IMG/VR virus record: IMGVR_UViG_3300018080_000175 | Location: 2,940 to 66,939 of that record | Length of the DNA stretch: 64,000 nucleotides | Reading direction: 5' to 3' (one strand) | Origin: a virus | Shown here: in pieces, positions 27,348 through 38,258 of the stretch | Layout of the letters: every line of letters begins with the position of its first letter | How positions within the stretch are numbered: the first letter of the stretch is position 1 | Position numbers and translations under genes: made by a program | Notes under the pieces: generated by a model | The model's input: the letters and a program-made list of their open reading frames with translations, nothing else | What the model was told of the DNA's origin: nothing | Database searches by the model: none

Positions 27348-27742
27348 AATCCACTCTCCGCTTTTTCACCTATTAAACCCATTCTCCATCCCCTTGTGGG
27401 ACCACCGCCATATTCTTGACCTTCTGGTTTTATGTCCTTGATTATCTGTTTGGTCTTGTAATCAATTTTCCAGATACAGACAAAACCTTGTGAAGCTCCA
27501 CAGAAAAAGAATGCCTGAATTTCTGCACTGCTTTTCTTATTTAAAGATTGAGCGACCTCAACAAAGAAATTGTACTTTTCATATCCTTTCAGAATAAGAG
27601 TCATATCATTTGGCAGTTTAATGGAGATTTCTTCAATTCCTACTTTCTTTCCTTCTGCTTCGGAAGCCCAACCTGGGTCTTTTTCTCTTACATCAGGTGA
27701 AATGTACTGGATTCCGTCTGCGTATTTAATCGTGTATTTCAT
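27332..27742 (-). CDS. hypothetical protein
   Basis: 136-aa ORF in the late operon. Confidence 0.55.
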   Translation of the reverse strand: MKYTIKYADGIQYISPDVREKDPGWASEAEGKKVGIEEISIKLPNDMTLILKGYEKYNFFVEVAQSLNKKSSAEIQAFFFCGASQGFVCIWKIDYKTKQIIKDIKPEGQEYGGGPTRGWRMGLIGEKAESGLCPTQ

Positions 27743-27766
27743 TTTCTTTCCTTCTTTTTCTAAAGT

Positions 27767-28426
27767 TTATGAATACAAATATCTAAGGGTCAATACCAAA
27801 TCAGTTGTAGAGCCAGGAGAATGTGTTCCTTGAGTAACAACTTGTTTAAGGTTAAAATACAAATTCTTTGCGGCAGATAATGGAGCAGAATCAAGAGATA
27901 ATCTTGAAGTCAATCCTGCAAGAGGAGTCCCAGCCCATGTAGCTGATCCAGGAACAGCACTTGTGGTTGTAATTCCAATTAAGCTTGAATTAGCAGGAGT
28001 TCCACCACCTAAAAAGTCATGTGCGGATGTTGCATGAGTGTTATCATCCCAAGCTTCAAGATAAGGAATACCAGCAGTCTCACCATCAAAATAGATAGCA
28101 AATACATACTGAGTATCACCGCCACTCTGTCCACCTGCTGTTGTTCCTGCAAGAGGTACTTGTGCGTAAAATGTTGTAGAAGCATCCTTGATAAATGTCT
28201 TTTCAGCTTCATTACTTCCTGTATCAGGAATTACAACCGGATAACGAGTTCCGCCAACTGCGTCACCATCATTCTGTTGTTCTGAACAAAATGCCAAAGC
28301 ATCGTTCGTTAGATCAATTACAACCCAGTTTGAGGATAATGCTCCTACTCCGCCTGTAGCGTTCCCAGAGTTTGCCCCATCATTAACTGTGTCATTAAAG
28401 AGCCAGTACGTGTTAGGTTGTGCCAT
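27767..28426 (-). CDS. virion structural protein
   Basis: Gly/Thr/Ala-rich beta protein with an AGGAG RBS. Confidence 0.6.
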   Translation of the reverse strand: MAQPNTYWLFNDTVNDGANSGNATGGVGALSSNWVVIDLTNDALAFCSEQQNDGDAVGGTRYPVVIPDTGSNEAEKTFIKDASTTFYAQVPLAGTTAGGQSGGDTQYVFAIYFDGETAGIPYLEAWDDNTHATSAHDFLGGGTPANSSLIGITTTSAVPGSATWAGTPLAGLTSRLSLDSAPLSAAKNLYFNLKQVVTQGTHSPGSTTDLVLTLRYLYS

Positions 28427-28443
28427 TTTCTTTTCTCCTTTTC

Positions 28444-31400
28444 TTAGGTTACATCCTTTATTGCACTTTCTAAATGAATACCATATATTGCTCTGAATAC
28501 GGGAGTTGGCGCAACCAAGGTCAAGCTTAATCCCAGATTCTCTTTTTTATTACCATCGGATACTTCAAGATCCATTTTATTATCTTTATAAATAATTCCA
28601 TCTCCTACAGATAGATCAAACGGACAATCACTATCAATGATGCTTTGGGTTAAAACCATCGCCAATTTAAGATCATCAAATGATCTAAGAGCGGCGTTGA
28701 TATCAAGCTTTCCATCCTCTCTAACTTCTACAGCTACACGGAAGTCAATTGGAAGTGTCTCTATTATACTCTGAAAAGTTTTTAAATCAAGTTTTGTTTC
28801 AGTGAGACTCTGGAAATATACTTGAAGGTCTGTTTTGAAGTCATTAATAACATCAGCACCCAACGTAACATCCCACAACAAATTGTCAAATGCATTTCCA
28901 ATAATATTGAAATCACTCTTAAAATTTGTCAGTGATTCAAAATATGAGGACAAATCTAAAACAACATTTTGATTGGAACTATCAAGAGCCATTGACATAT
29001 CCATCTTTGCATTCTCAACACTGTCCTTGTACGCTTGGATATCTAATGCAAAATCTTGCAAGGCATCTACTGTACCCAAATCAAATGATATCAGTGCATC
29101 GTCCATAACATAAGAGAATGCTTTCACCCAAGCATCGGATCTACCCACATTAGATATTCCCACAAAAGCAATGGAGCCCAACATTGTGTCTGATGTGGAG
29201 TTATATACTGATCCTATACGAACTGGACTGGTTGCCTGATTTAAAGAAGTCACCACAGACGTACCATCACTCACACCGTCTACGAATATTTCCTTAGCAA
29301 GACTATCTACTCTGCCATCAAAGTTATACCACGTATCCGATAGTAAGGTAGTAGCACCTGCCAAACCCTCAAACCCATCACCAGTTTTTTCTGTACCAAA
29401 ATTGATTTTGCTGGCAGTTAGGTATAAATAGTAATTTCGTGGATCAACTGAATCTAATCGTCCTTTAGATAACAACCTTGTATCTCTTGTAATATCAGGC
29501 ACTTTCATTCTAATGGTAAGAGTCATATCAGTCAATCTAAGATCCGAATTATCTGCAATCTCTATATCATCGTCTGTGCCATCAAACTCAATAGCTTTAC
29601 CAATTTCTCCATATATAAGGTCATCAGAAGTCATTGAACCATTTGGTGTGCCATGATTACGATTTCTGGTAGAATCAAAAATTGAATCAATTGCATCACC
29701 GTCTGGGTCTTGTGACATGTGATAAATTGCCTTGAAATTATCATCCCAGACATGATTGGAAGGACAGTCAATTACAGTCCCGGAGTTAATAACCAATGAA
29801 TCAAAATATCCACTTACACTTGGGTTAGAACCCCAGCATGTCAAGTACAATCTTATATCAGCAACCTCTCCAGAGAAACCAGACACCGTATCCGTCCCCA
29901 AAGCAGTCCAAGAAGTGCCATTCCAAAAATATCCTGTGAATGAATCACCTGTTCTGACTATTCTTAATTTCCCAGAGGTATCTGATGAATTAGAAACAGT
30001 GGATGAGCCATCAACGCCACCATCAGTTTCATATGAAGTATATCTATGAGTGCCGTCATATCTTCTTGATACAGTAAACCGATTATTTAAAGTTGTATCT
30101 GGTGCTTGGACTCTTAAAGTTATTGACCAAGAAGTTGTGGATGGAATAGCATCCATACCAAAATCAATTTGAACGTCAAAATCACCAAGTAATCTGAATA
30201 TAGAAGAAATCCCATTCAACCCGCCAGTTGTAGCAACAGCCAAAGCATTGCTGCTTATGGTTGGAGTACCCCAAGTTTGACTCCACAAATCAACGTCTGG
30301 AGCATCCCCATCAACGCCTTGAAAAGTATCTCCTGAAATTTCGGAAGATACATCAATAATTTCTTGAACATCGCCTATATATTTATTAGCTTCCTGAGTT
30401 GAATCATAATACATGAATAACTCCGAATCTTCTGAGGACAAAACAGTAAGATCATATCTTGATACCCAAAACACAGCTTTGCTCATTCCTGCAAAGTTGT
30501 TTTCGTCATAAGTGAATACCTTTACATGTGCGATATCTCCGTCAAAAAATTCTATCGGTACTGTTGGGGTGACACCTGAAATAGGAGAGGACCCATCAGA
30601 AGCGAAAGCCACTCCAACATCCGCTGATCCATCTCCATTTGTAATCGTACCAACAGTAGTAGCCAACACTGACAAAGTTCCAGCGTCCAGTAATTGTATT
30701 TTGGTTTTATCTGCTCTCAATATATACCAAACATTATTTAAGTATTCAGTTGATGCAATTACAATAGATGTCAAGGTACTTGAAGATCGACCAAAAATAC
30801 CAAGATTTCCAGAGGAGTCAATTCCTACTGCTATCCCGTTAATCTCTCCGCCTGATTTAAAAAGAATCTGATTTCCAGCACCCTTATTATGCGCTCTAAA
30901 TTTAACCTCAAATGCAATGTTCTGTTCATCAGTTCTGGTGTATTGATATAGTCCATTTGTCGAGCCATCAAAAGTATAATAATCTCCATTATCAGTAGGA
31001 GTACCATACGCACTAACAATCCCTCCATCTCCGTGTCGATTAGATCCAAAAAAGTAAGCAGATAATAATCCTGGACTTTGATCAAATGTTTCAATTTCTG
31101 TATACATAGGAGTTGAGCGATAACCATCAGTAAAAGCTACTCTTTTCCTATTTGGATTGGTATTAGATGGCCAAATAATTGTCCCGGAATTTATAACAAA
31201 ATTATCAAAATCAGCGGTATACGATTGAGCGACATTTGTTTGAGATCCAAGTGCCATCTTTACATCATCAGATACCCAAGAACGTGAATCAATTTGAGTC
31301 CAAGAAGATCCACTCCAAAAATAAGAAGTTAAAGTTGAACCAACTCTGGTAACTCTTAATTGTCCGGAGGAGTCTGTTGTTCCAGTGGTAGAAAGGGTTC

Positions 31401-33717
31401 CCCAAGAACCACTTACTGATTGATTATATGCATATTGCTCTCCAGTATCGTATCTTCTCAATATCAAAGCTTGTCCAGTAGTTGTACCTACACTGTCTAT
31501 CACAAATCCAGTCCATCTTACTCCCGAAATTGGTTGAGAAATTAAATTGAAATCCGCCTGAATATCAAAGTCACCTGATAATCTCCAAATTGAAGTTGCC
31601 TTTTGTAAATCCGAAGAAGTAGCCTCCAACCATGTTCGTAAAGAATTACTTAATATATACGGATCTCTTTGTGTTCCTGATAAACTCCATAAATCAGAAT
31701 TTGGTGGATCGTCATCTGTTCCTGTAAAAACATCATCCACATCCCAATATTCAAGCTCATTCAAAAGAAAATTCAAATTTTGTCCGAGAGAACCGGATGA
31801 TTCACCTATAGCTATTTGAATTGGAAAGTGTGCTAAATCAGCATCTATCTTGGAACTGTCTACACTAATTTTTAACCTATCTGACCAGCCATCTAACCAC
31901 AATGACTCCTGAGCATCATATGTTACAATGCTTTCTAAAATATTATGAGAAAAAGCTTTAATCCAGTCCAAAGACCGTGCCTTAGCAGAGACTTCATGCC
32001 AACCCAAGGCACCAACCCAATAATCACCAGTTGGCCCTGTTGTTCCTGCCTCAGCACCCAGTACTAATGGGGTGGTTTCATTTGAGTAAGACAGGTCACC
32101 TGTCACAACATAAGTATCTTCCAGATTACCATCAACAATCAGGCTTGTTTTTGCACCATCATAGGTTGAGTAAAATAAATGCCAACCGGGTGACAGTGAC
32201 CCATGTTCAAATTCAGCAGATCGGTATGCCCCATTTATGTAAGCAATATTATCAATATCATTTGGAGAGGAATCAAAGTCAAACCCAAAACCACCTGTCT
32301 CAATACATGACATTAATTTCTTATTTGAGAAGTTCTGATTCCAATCATCATGATAAGCAAGTGCGGCATAAGAATATTGCTTTGTTACTCTCTGCTCTAC
32401 ATTGGTTCCAAACGGTATACTGATACAGTCATCAACACCATCAAGAGCTATACCTTTTTTACCATCAATAGAGCCTGCAACAAAATCTCCTGTAGTCATT
32501 GAGCCCACAGGCGTACCATGAAATCTTCTCCAAGCTGAATCTTTTATTGAATCTGCTACATCACCATCTGGGTCTTGTGCCAATGTGTAAACACTTCTAA
32601 AATCTTTTTCCCAAATTTGCTCAGAAGGAACTATATAAACTTTATCAGCAGAATTTATGGTGAAGTTATCAAAAAATGTTTCAAAAGGTTCATCTTCAAA
32701 TCTGGCAAAAAGGGATACCATCACATCAATAGCTGAGAACGTTTTTGTTGCGGCAGTAGTCCAGCTACCTGCTCCATCTTGATACTGAAACTCAACGGAT
32801 GTTCCAGTTCTGATTAATCGCAGTTTACCAAAATCATTTGTTCTTGCTGGCTGTACTGCACCGTCCCAAACATTACTCACACTAAGGTTGGCATCGAATC
32901 CAGTATCGCCATCAAATCTCCAAGATATCCTATCAGCCTCAGAAGCCCACAAATATAGAGTTGCCTCTTTGGATGGTCCCGTAGAATTTACCCAATCAGA
33001 AACATCTATATCAACCTGAATATCAAAATCTCCAGATATCCAGAATTTCGAATTTAAGTTGGCAAACGTGAAGAAGGCGTTGTTATCCGTTTGGGACATT
33101 TTCAACCTACCTCCTTCAAGCTCTACACCCGTGGTAAAAGGGTAAAGAAGGTCAGGAGCCCACAAATCTTCATTTGGTTCACGCCATAAAGTCTGGTCTG
33201 GTACAGCCCCATCTGTACCAGTGAAATCATCACCAGTGACTAACGATGTTATATCGTATTCCTCAGTAGTCTTACCTATATAATATGAATTATCAGCTTT
33301 GGTTGAATCAAAATAAATATACAGGTCTGTAGTTGCAGTGGAGGTTACAGTAAAATCACTTCTTGACACCCATAACAGGGCTACCTCTGCAACACTATCC
33401 CACGATTCAACTTGGGCAAATATTTCTGTTGTTCCATCATCAAGAGTTATTGCTATTTTTTTATAGTTTGCACCAATCTCAGTAAAAATATCCGTAATAT
33501 TCTGAGAACCTTGTCCAGCAGATGCAGAAATAGGAACAGCTACAGGGAAATGAAGTAAGTCCGAATCCACATTTGTATGGTCAATTATTATTTTGCGGCG
33601 TTTTGCCCAATCACCTAACCATGGGGTTATGGAAGAAGCCGCTCCAGTTTTGAAACTATCATACACCGTATCTCTAAAAATATCATATGCCGAGTGTTTA
33701 AAAATATCATCTGCCAT
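28444..33717 (-). CDS. 1757-aa adhesin-like tail protein with DUF2341 and LamG/ConA-like domains
   Basis: Two WL..W..R.KI..D...D.DL.HFP units, three GDFD(I/V)Q.D..G.LR..R.G..FD modules, LamG-like segments and a periodic D/L C-terminal tail. Confidence 0.75.
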   Translation of the reverse strand: MADDIFKHSAYDIFRDTVYDSFKTGAASSITPWLGDWAKRRKIIIDHTNVDSDLLHFPVAVPISASAGQGSQNITDIFTEIGANYKKIAITLDDGTTEIFAQVESWDSVAEVALLWVSRSDFTVTSTATTDLYIYFDSTKADNSYYIGKTTEEYDITSLVTGDDFTGTDGAVPDQTLWREPNEDLWAPDLLYPFTTGVELEGGRLKMSQTDNNAFFTFANLNSKFWISGDFDIQVDIDVSDWVNSTGPSKEATLYLWASEADRISWRFDGDTGFDANLSVSNVWDGAVQPARTNDFGKLRLIRTGTSVEFQYQDGAGSWTTAATKTFSAIDVMVSLFARFEDEPFETFFDNFTINSADKVYIVPSEQIWEKDFRSVYTLAQDPDGDVADSIKDSAWRRFHGTPVGSMTTGDFVAGSIDGKKGIALDGVDDCISIPFGTNVEQRVTKQYSYAALAYHDDWNQNFSNKKLMSCIETGGFGFDFDSSPNDIDNIAYINGAYRSAEFEHGSLSPGWHLFYSTYDGAKTSLIVDGNLEDTYVVTGDLSYSNETTPLVLGAEAGTTGPTGDYWVGALGWHEVSAKARSLDWIKAFSHNILESIVTYDAQESLWLDGWSDRLKISVDSSKIDADLAHFPIQIAIGESSGSLGQNLNFLLNELEYWDVDDVFTGTDDDPPNSDLWSLSGTQRDPYILSNSLRTWLEATSSDLQKATSIWRLSGDFDIQADFNLISQPISGVRWTGFVIDSVGTTTGQALILRRYDTGEQYAYNQSVSGSWGTLSTTGTTDSSGQLRVTRVGSTLTSYFWSGSSWTQIDSRSWVSDDVKMALGSQTNVAQSYTADFDNFVINSGTIIWPSNTNPNRKRVAFTDGYRSTPMYTEIETFDQSPGLLSAYFFGSNRHGDGGIVSAYGTPTDNGDYYTFDGSTNGLYQYTRTDEQNIAFEVKFRAHNKGAGNQILFKSGGEINGIAVGIDSSGNLGIFGRSSSTLTSIVIASTEYLNNVWYILRADKTKIQLLDAGTLSVLATTVGTITNGDGSADVGVAFASDGSSPISGVTPTVPIEFFDGDIAHVKVFTYDENNFAGMSKAVFWVSRYDLTVLSSEDSELFMYYDSTQEANKYIGDVQEIIDVSSEISGDTFQGVDGDAPDVDLWSQTWGTPTISSNALAVATTGGLNGISSIFRLLGDFDVQIDFGMDAIPSTTSWSITLRVQAPDTTLNNRFTVSRRYDGTHRYTSYETDGGVDGSSTVSNSSDTSGKLRIVRTGDSFTGYFWNGTSWTALGTDTVSGFSGEVADIRLYLTCWGSNPSVSGYFDSLVINSGTVIDCPSNHVWDDNFKAIYHMSQDPDGDAIDSIFDSTRNRNHGTPNGSMTSDDLIYGEIGKAIEFDGTDDDIEIADNSDLRLTDMTLTIRMKVPDITRDTRLLSKGRLDSVDPRNYYLYLTASKINFGTEKTGDGFEGLAGATTLLSDTWYNFDGRVDSLAKEIFVDGVSDGTSVVTSLNQATSPVRIGSVYNSTSDTMLGSIAFVGISNVGRSDAWVKAFSYVMDDALISFDLGTVDALQDFALDIQAYKDSVENAKMDMSMALDSSNQNVVLDLSSYFESLTNFKSDFNIIGNAFDNLLWDVTLGADVINDFKTDLQVYFQSLTETKLDLKTFQSIIETLPIDFRVAVEVREDGKLDINAALRSFDDLKLAMVLTQSIIDSDCPFDLSVGDGIIYKDNKMDLEVSDGNKKENLGLSLTLVAPTPVFRAIYGIHLESAIKDVT

Positions 33718-33734
33718 TATACCTACCTCATATT

Positions 33735-35090
33735 TTAGATGTCAATGTACCCAAATTCGTTGCCCTGAGTATTTACAGCCGGGCTAAAAGTAGTACTGCA
33801 ATTTATGGCAGTGGCTCCAAGCGCATACATATAAGATCCACGGCTACAATAAAACCCAGTTGTACAATCATTTGCTACTGCATCAGCTAATCTAAAAGTG
33901 GCTTGGATTGACGCCAAAAATCCAATGCTCAACCCACCGCCAGCTATGCTCCCGGTTGCTTCAATATGAGAATTGTAAGTTGAAAAGAATCCATATTTTG
34001 AACTCGCTTGCATTCCGCTTGCTATGGCATTTGGGCAAATGATTGTTGCGTGATCATCGGCCATTATTGAATGGCTTGCATTTGCACCAGAAGTCGCAAG
34101 CAAACCCTCTGCCTTGATGTTACTCCCGTTATCAGAGAATACATTCAATCCACAATCAAATACTCCGACAAAACTTGACACAGGAGTTCGCAAAAATGAG
34201 AAATCTGTTACATAGATTCCATAACCAGTACTGCCTAATCCGTCAAAGACTAAATTTGCCAAAGAGCCCAGCTTATTACTGCCAGAGACAAAAATGCCAT
34301 GCTCTCCCGTAGCAAGTTGAAGAACGGTTTTGATAATCTCTACAGAGGCAGCAACGGCCCCAGAAGGTGCTGTGGTATCTTGGTGAGTAGTGAGAACCGT
34401 AATTCGTGAATTGCCTGAATCCACATTTGTTACCTCATGACATCCCACTATATGATATGGAAGCGTACCACCGCTTGGTGCTGATACAATAGCAAAATCA
34501 CCTACTGCTATGTTGGTAACATCAGACACATTGAGAATAACAGACCAAGCACCAGCAGAGCCAGAGCTTGATTGGATTGAGGTCATTGACTTGGAATATG
34601 TATTCTCACCAGTTATTGCAATATTATTCCCACATGGGTGTGTGATTGTTATTGGCTCAGTCATAGTATACTGACCATCGCCAATCTGAATTGTGACTGT
34701 AACATCTCCGGCTATCCAGCAATCTTTTATACTATCCAAAGCCTTTTGGACTGTTGCAAATGGAGTTGATACTGTCCCGTCACCTGTTACATCACTTCCA
34801 GTAGTCGCCACGTAAATGGTGGTATCTGTGGTAATGGATTTCGGTCGTTCGAAGTTATCAACCGGATTTTTCAGAATCCATCTTTTTGTTCCAGCATTAG
34901 TATCAGGAGCTATGACATAAGGGGAGTTTTCTGCCAGACCACTTGAAGCATCCAGTCGATAAAAATACACACCACTATCAATAACAACTACAGCAGCACC
35001 ACCACCAACCAGATCTGCGCCGTCTAAGGCGTCTAAAGAACCAGCACCTCCGCCTGTTAAAGCACTTAAAGCCAGAGTAAATTCACCCAT
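33735..35090 (-). CDS. tail spike/fibre with beta-helix (pectin-lyase-like) domain
   Basis: IYVATTGSDVTGDGTVSTPFATVQKAL..I.IGDGQY, followed by G-rich beta-helix repeats. Confidence 0.7.
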   Translation of the reverse strand: MGEFTLALSALTGGGAGSLDALDGADLVGGGAAVVVIDSGVYFYRLDASSGLAENSPYVIAPDTNAGTKRWILKNPVDNFERPKSITTDTTIYVATTGSDVTGDGTVSTPFATVQKALDSIKDCWIAGDVTVTIQIGDGQYTMTEPITITHPCGNNIAITGENTYSKSMTSIQSSSGSAGAWSVILNVSDVTNIAVGDFAIVSAPSGGTLPYHIVGCHEVTNVDSGNSRITVLTTHQDTTAPSGAVAASVEIIKTVLQLATGEHGIFVSGSNKLGSLANLVFDGLGSTGYGIYVTDFSFLRTPVSSFVGVFDCGLNVFSDNGSNIKAEGLLATSGANASHSIMADDHATIICPNAIASGMQASSKYGFFSTYNSHIEATGSIAGGGLSIGFLASIQATFRLADAVANDCTTGFYCSRGSYMYALGATAINCSTTFSPAVNTQGNEFGYIDI

Positions 35091-35102
35091 TGTACATCTC
35101 CT

Positions 35103-35606
35103 TTATAGTAACATTTCGTGATCAGGATTGTCCTCGCAAATCAATCTGATTTTAAATCCCTTTTTACCATCTGCACAACCGCCACAGACACTTTGCTTAT
35201 ACAATTTATTACCACATTTTGGACAAGCTAATGGAGAAGTTTCTAAGTCCATTTTTTGTCCTGTATAGTTTGCACCTTTAGTGTTTTTATCAGAGGCACT
35301 TGTTTTGTTCTTCTTATTGCGAGAAGGAACAGGAGGAATCTTTGCATTATTTCCTAACGCTTTTTTAATATCAGCGGCTCTTGCATCATATGTTTGTAAC
35401 CAGTATTTATCATTGAAAAAATAAAACTCACCTAACTCAGGTGGTGGTTTTTCTTCATGAGGACGCCAACCTTCTTCTCTCAATTCTTTTTCTGTTTCTT
35501 TAAATTTGTCCTTTATTCCTTTTTGATAAAGGTCAATTGCTTTGAATACGTCTTCTTCCTCGTTTGCATTCATTACGGACAAAATTTGTTTGTCAGCCTT
35601 TTTCAT
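35103..35606 (-). CDS. hypothetical protein with C-terminal zinc finger
   Basis: CPKCG..CGGC..ICED. Confidence 0.6.
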   Translation of the reverse strand: MKKADKQILSVMNANEEEDVFKAIDLYQKGIKDKFKETEKELREEGWRPHEEKPPPELGEFYFFNDKYWLQTYDARAADIKKALGNNAKIPPVPSRNKKNKTSASDKNTKGANYTGQKMDLETSPLACPKCGNKLYKQSVCGGCADGKKGFKIRLICEDNPDHEMLL

Positions 35607-35629
35607 TTAACTTTCTCTCCTTCTGTTAA

Positions 35630-38257
35630 TTAACATTCCCATTCGTACCATTTAATCGGATTAACATTTTCCATACATCTATTATGATTAGCATCAGGAT
35701 AATTCTGAGGACATGGGTGACCGCAATAATTGTCATGATCTCCACAATTTACATAGTAAGTCTGATCGCCACCAGGACATTTGTATTCGCCAAATTTAAA
35801 GGTACGAGAGGTATTCCAATACTCCCGTCTTGTTCCCATATCACAATAAATAGCATAAATTGTTGAACCACAATAATCAGAAGTACAAACCCAAGTTCCG
35901 TCAGATGATCTAATATCTACCTCACAGCATCCGACTGTAGTAGTGTAAGTACCGCATTGGTCTTCTGGCATTGTAACAATTTCAGATACACCGTTACTAC
36001 AAACATATTCAGCAGATTCCCCATTAGCCAAATAAGTAGGACCAACAACTGAATCACAATCACCACAAAGTTCTAATCTCTGTGATTCGCACTTGGATGA
36101 ACAATCAGCAACATTTTGTTCCATGACACGGTTGAATTCCTCATTGTACTCAGGTGTACCTTTTTCAAATCCATCTGCCACGATTGTATCATGAATTGTC
36201 TCAGAATGATCGTAAGTGTTACCTTTTTCTCTTACCTCAGAATTACAAAGCTCATCACAGGAGCAATCAAATTCTGCATCATCAGGACAATTTGCAGAAC
36301 TGGAAGTACCAAATCTATATCCGTCCCTTTCTTCATCACTGGTTGCGTTGTCAGCATTTAATATCCTATTCATTACATCGTCAAGACAGGGATCAGGAGA
36401 AGTTCCCGCAGAAGGGCCAGGATCAAATCCATTTCCATCATCTTCAAATCCACCATCAGAATCATCGTCATAGTCAGAATAACCGGGATCATATTCATCC
36501 CAGTCTTCATTGCTGTCGGGAATGTCTGTTATAGAGCAATCCTTTGCTCTTAGAGTGACTTTACTGAATAACCCTGACTCTGTACCGTCTGACATACTTG
36601 CAGTGATCTCAGCATCGCAATCCTTTTCTTCACCGAGCGTTCTCCATGATACTAAGGTTGCACCTTCTGCATGATAAGAAACAAGTACCTTTGTGCCTGT
36701 TTCAATCACTTGATTCAAGTCAATTACTTTTCCTGAATAAGATGAATAGAGATTATTGGATCTTCCCGTATCCTCCTCAGCATAAACGGAAGGAAGTTGA
36801 GCACCTGAAATATCTATTTCAGTTTTTACCTGAGAGGTTCCAGAAATAATATTTTCAGCAAATGATGCCTCATTTCTGATTTCGACATTTTTAAACACCT
36901 TATTCTCACTGGACAGAACCCCACAACCTTTTGTTATTCTTATTCTCACATTTTGTCCGGTTGCAGGTACTTTACCTATTGTTGCCCAAACAAGAAGATG
37001 TCCTAAATTGCCAAGACATACATCCCCAGAAGGATTTGCTTTCATATTCAAATTAGATCCACACGCACAAGTATTGCCTAATTTTATGGTCATTGTGTCT
37101 GTGGCACCTTCAACATCTGCGGAAACTTCAACATCCTTTGCAGTATCTCCAGCTATAACTGTGTTTACTGCACATCCTGCGGTGACATATGTAATTCTTA
37201 ATAGCTGATCACAGAAAGAAAATGGTTTTCTTACAGTTATTTTATTTCCATCAATTGATCCGAATTCTGGTTCCCAAAAATTGTTTTTTGATCCTGAATC
37301 AGAATAAGCCCAAATTCCTACTACACTCTGAATTGGATAATCCACTGTGACTTCGTAAAAATTATCCGCTTCATGCTTTTTACCAGACAAGACATAATTT
37401 TGTGTGGCGGTAACAGGATAAGCTAATGTTGCCCCATCTCCAATTTCCCAATTAACCATCGTGTTATCTGGGGCGGCATTATTTTCTGAATCATTTACAA
37501 AAGCAAGGAGTGTGCCTTGACTTGTCCCATCAGCAGGTAAGCAATCATCATCGTCCACTGCCTCCATATTTACACTGTAACCAGAACCAGTTCCACCTAA
37601 AGCACTTATTCTTATCCTGTTACCAAAATCAGGTAGCTCTTGATTCTCTGACAAATCAGCTATATTAATATCTTCCAAGGTTTGAACTGCTACAGAAGGA
37701 TGATAAGTATCCTGCTTTATAACAAGATTGCCGTCATTCGTACAAGCGACATAGGCTCCTGTAAATGCGGCAAGTTCTGTAATGACATCAATCGGATAGA
37801 TGTTATCTGCAACATATGTATTGGCTACTATAGCATAATTTGATACCTCAAATGTTACTGTCATTCCAGATAATGCGGCAACCTCATTTACTATATCAAT
37901 GAAATTTGTATCTGTTTCCCAGCTTTGTGATATCTTTTGTGCAAATGGAGGTCCTGCGGCTGCTGAACTTGATCTGCCCCAAACCCCAGGACTTGTAGTG
38001 CCATCTTCATTTGCAACAAGAATTGGTTTCTCTATATAAAACGTTCCTTGAGAAACAAAGTCCACACCTGATTTGGTAAGTACATCAACTCTCGGAGAAG
38101 GCAAATCAGTGTAAGAAAATTGATTGTAAAATTCAGGATCAGCAGAAACAAGAGTGATCTCTCTAACATAAGATCCTTTTGATTCTCTTACATTGAAACT
38201 GGTGATCTGATCTTTAATGGATACTGAATCCAGTAGTATGTCCCAATCTAAAGGCAT
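35630..38257 (-). CDS. tail hub/baseplate protein with Ig-like (Big-1) domains and a Cys-rich C-terminus
   Basis: Follows TMP and Dit; LPADGTSQGTLLAFVND..APD (Big-1-like), an acidic linker, and many Cys in the last ~260 aa. Confidence 0.65.
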   Translation of the reverse strand: MPLDWDILLDSVSIKDQITSFNVRESKGSYVREITLVSADPEFYNQFSYTDLPSPRVDVLTKSGVDFVSQGTFYIEKPILVANEDGTTSPGVWGRSSSAAAGPPFAQKISQSWETDTNFIDIVNEVAALSGMTVTFEVSNYAIVANTYVADNIYPIDVITELAAFTGAYVACTNDGNLVIKQDTYHPSVAVQTLEDINIADLSENQELPDFGNRIRISALGGTGSGYSVNMEAVDDDDCLPADGTSQGTLLAFVNDSENNAAPDNTMVNWEIGDGATLAYPVTATQNYVLSGKKHEADNFYEVTVDYPIQSVVGIWAYSDSGSKNNFWEPEFGSIDGNKITVRKPFSFCDQLLRITYVTAGCAVNTVIAGDTAKDVEVSADVEGATDTMTIKLGNTCACGSNLNMKANPSGDVCLGNLGHLLVWATIGKVPATGQNVRIRITKGCGVLSSENKVFKNVEIRNEASFAENIISGTSQVKTEIDISGAQLPSVYAEEDTGRSNNLYSSYSGKVIDLNQVIETGTKVLVSYHAEGATLVSWRTLGEEKDCDAEITASMSDGTESGLFSKVTLRAKDCSITDIPDSNEDWDEYDPGYSDYDDDSDGGFEDDGNGFDPGPSAGTSPDPCLDDVMNRILNADNATSDEERDGYRFGTSSSANCPDDAEFDCSCDELCNSEVREKGNTYDHSETIHDTIVADGFEKGTPEYNEEFNRVMEQNVADCSSKCESQRLELCGDCDSVVGPTYLANGESAEYVCSNGVSEIVTMPEDQCGTYTTTVGCCEVDIRSSDGTWVCTSDYCGSTIYAIYCDMGTRREYWNTSRTFKFGEYKCPGGDQTYYVNCGDHDNYCGHPCPQNYPDANHNRCMENVNPIKWYEWEC

Positions 38258-38258
38258 A

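Noticed and set aside
35630-35900. Diversity-generating retroelement variable region at the hub C-terminus
   Set aside because: No reverse transcriptase and no template repeat differing at adenines is visible in this window; it cannot be excluded elsewhere in the genome.
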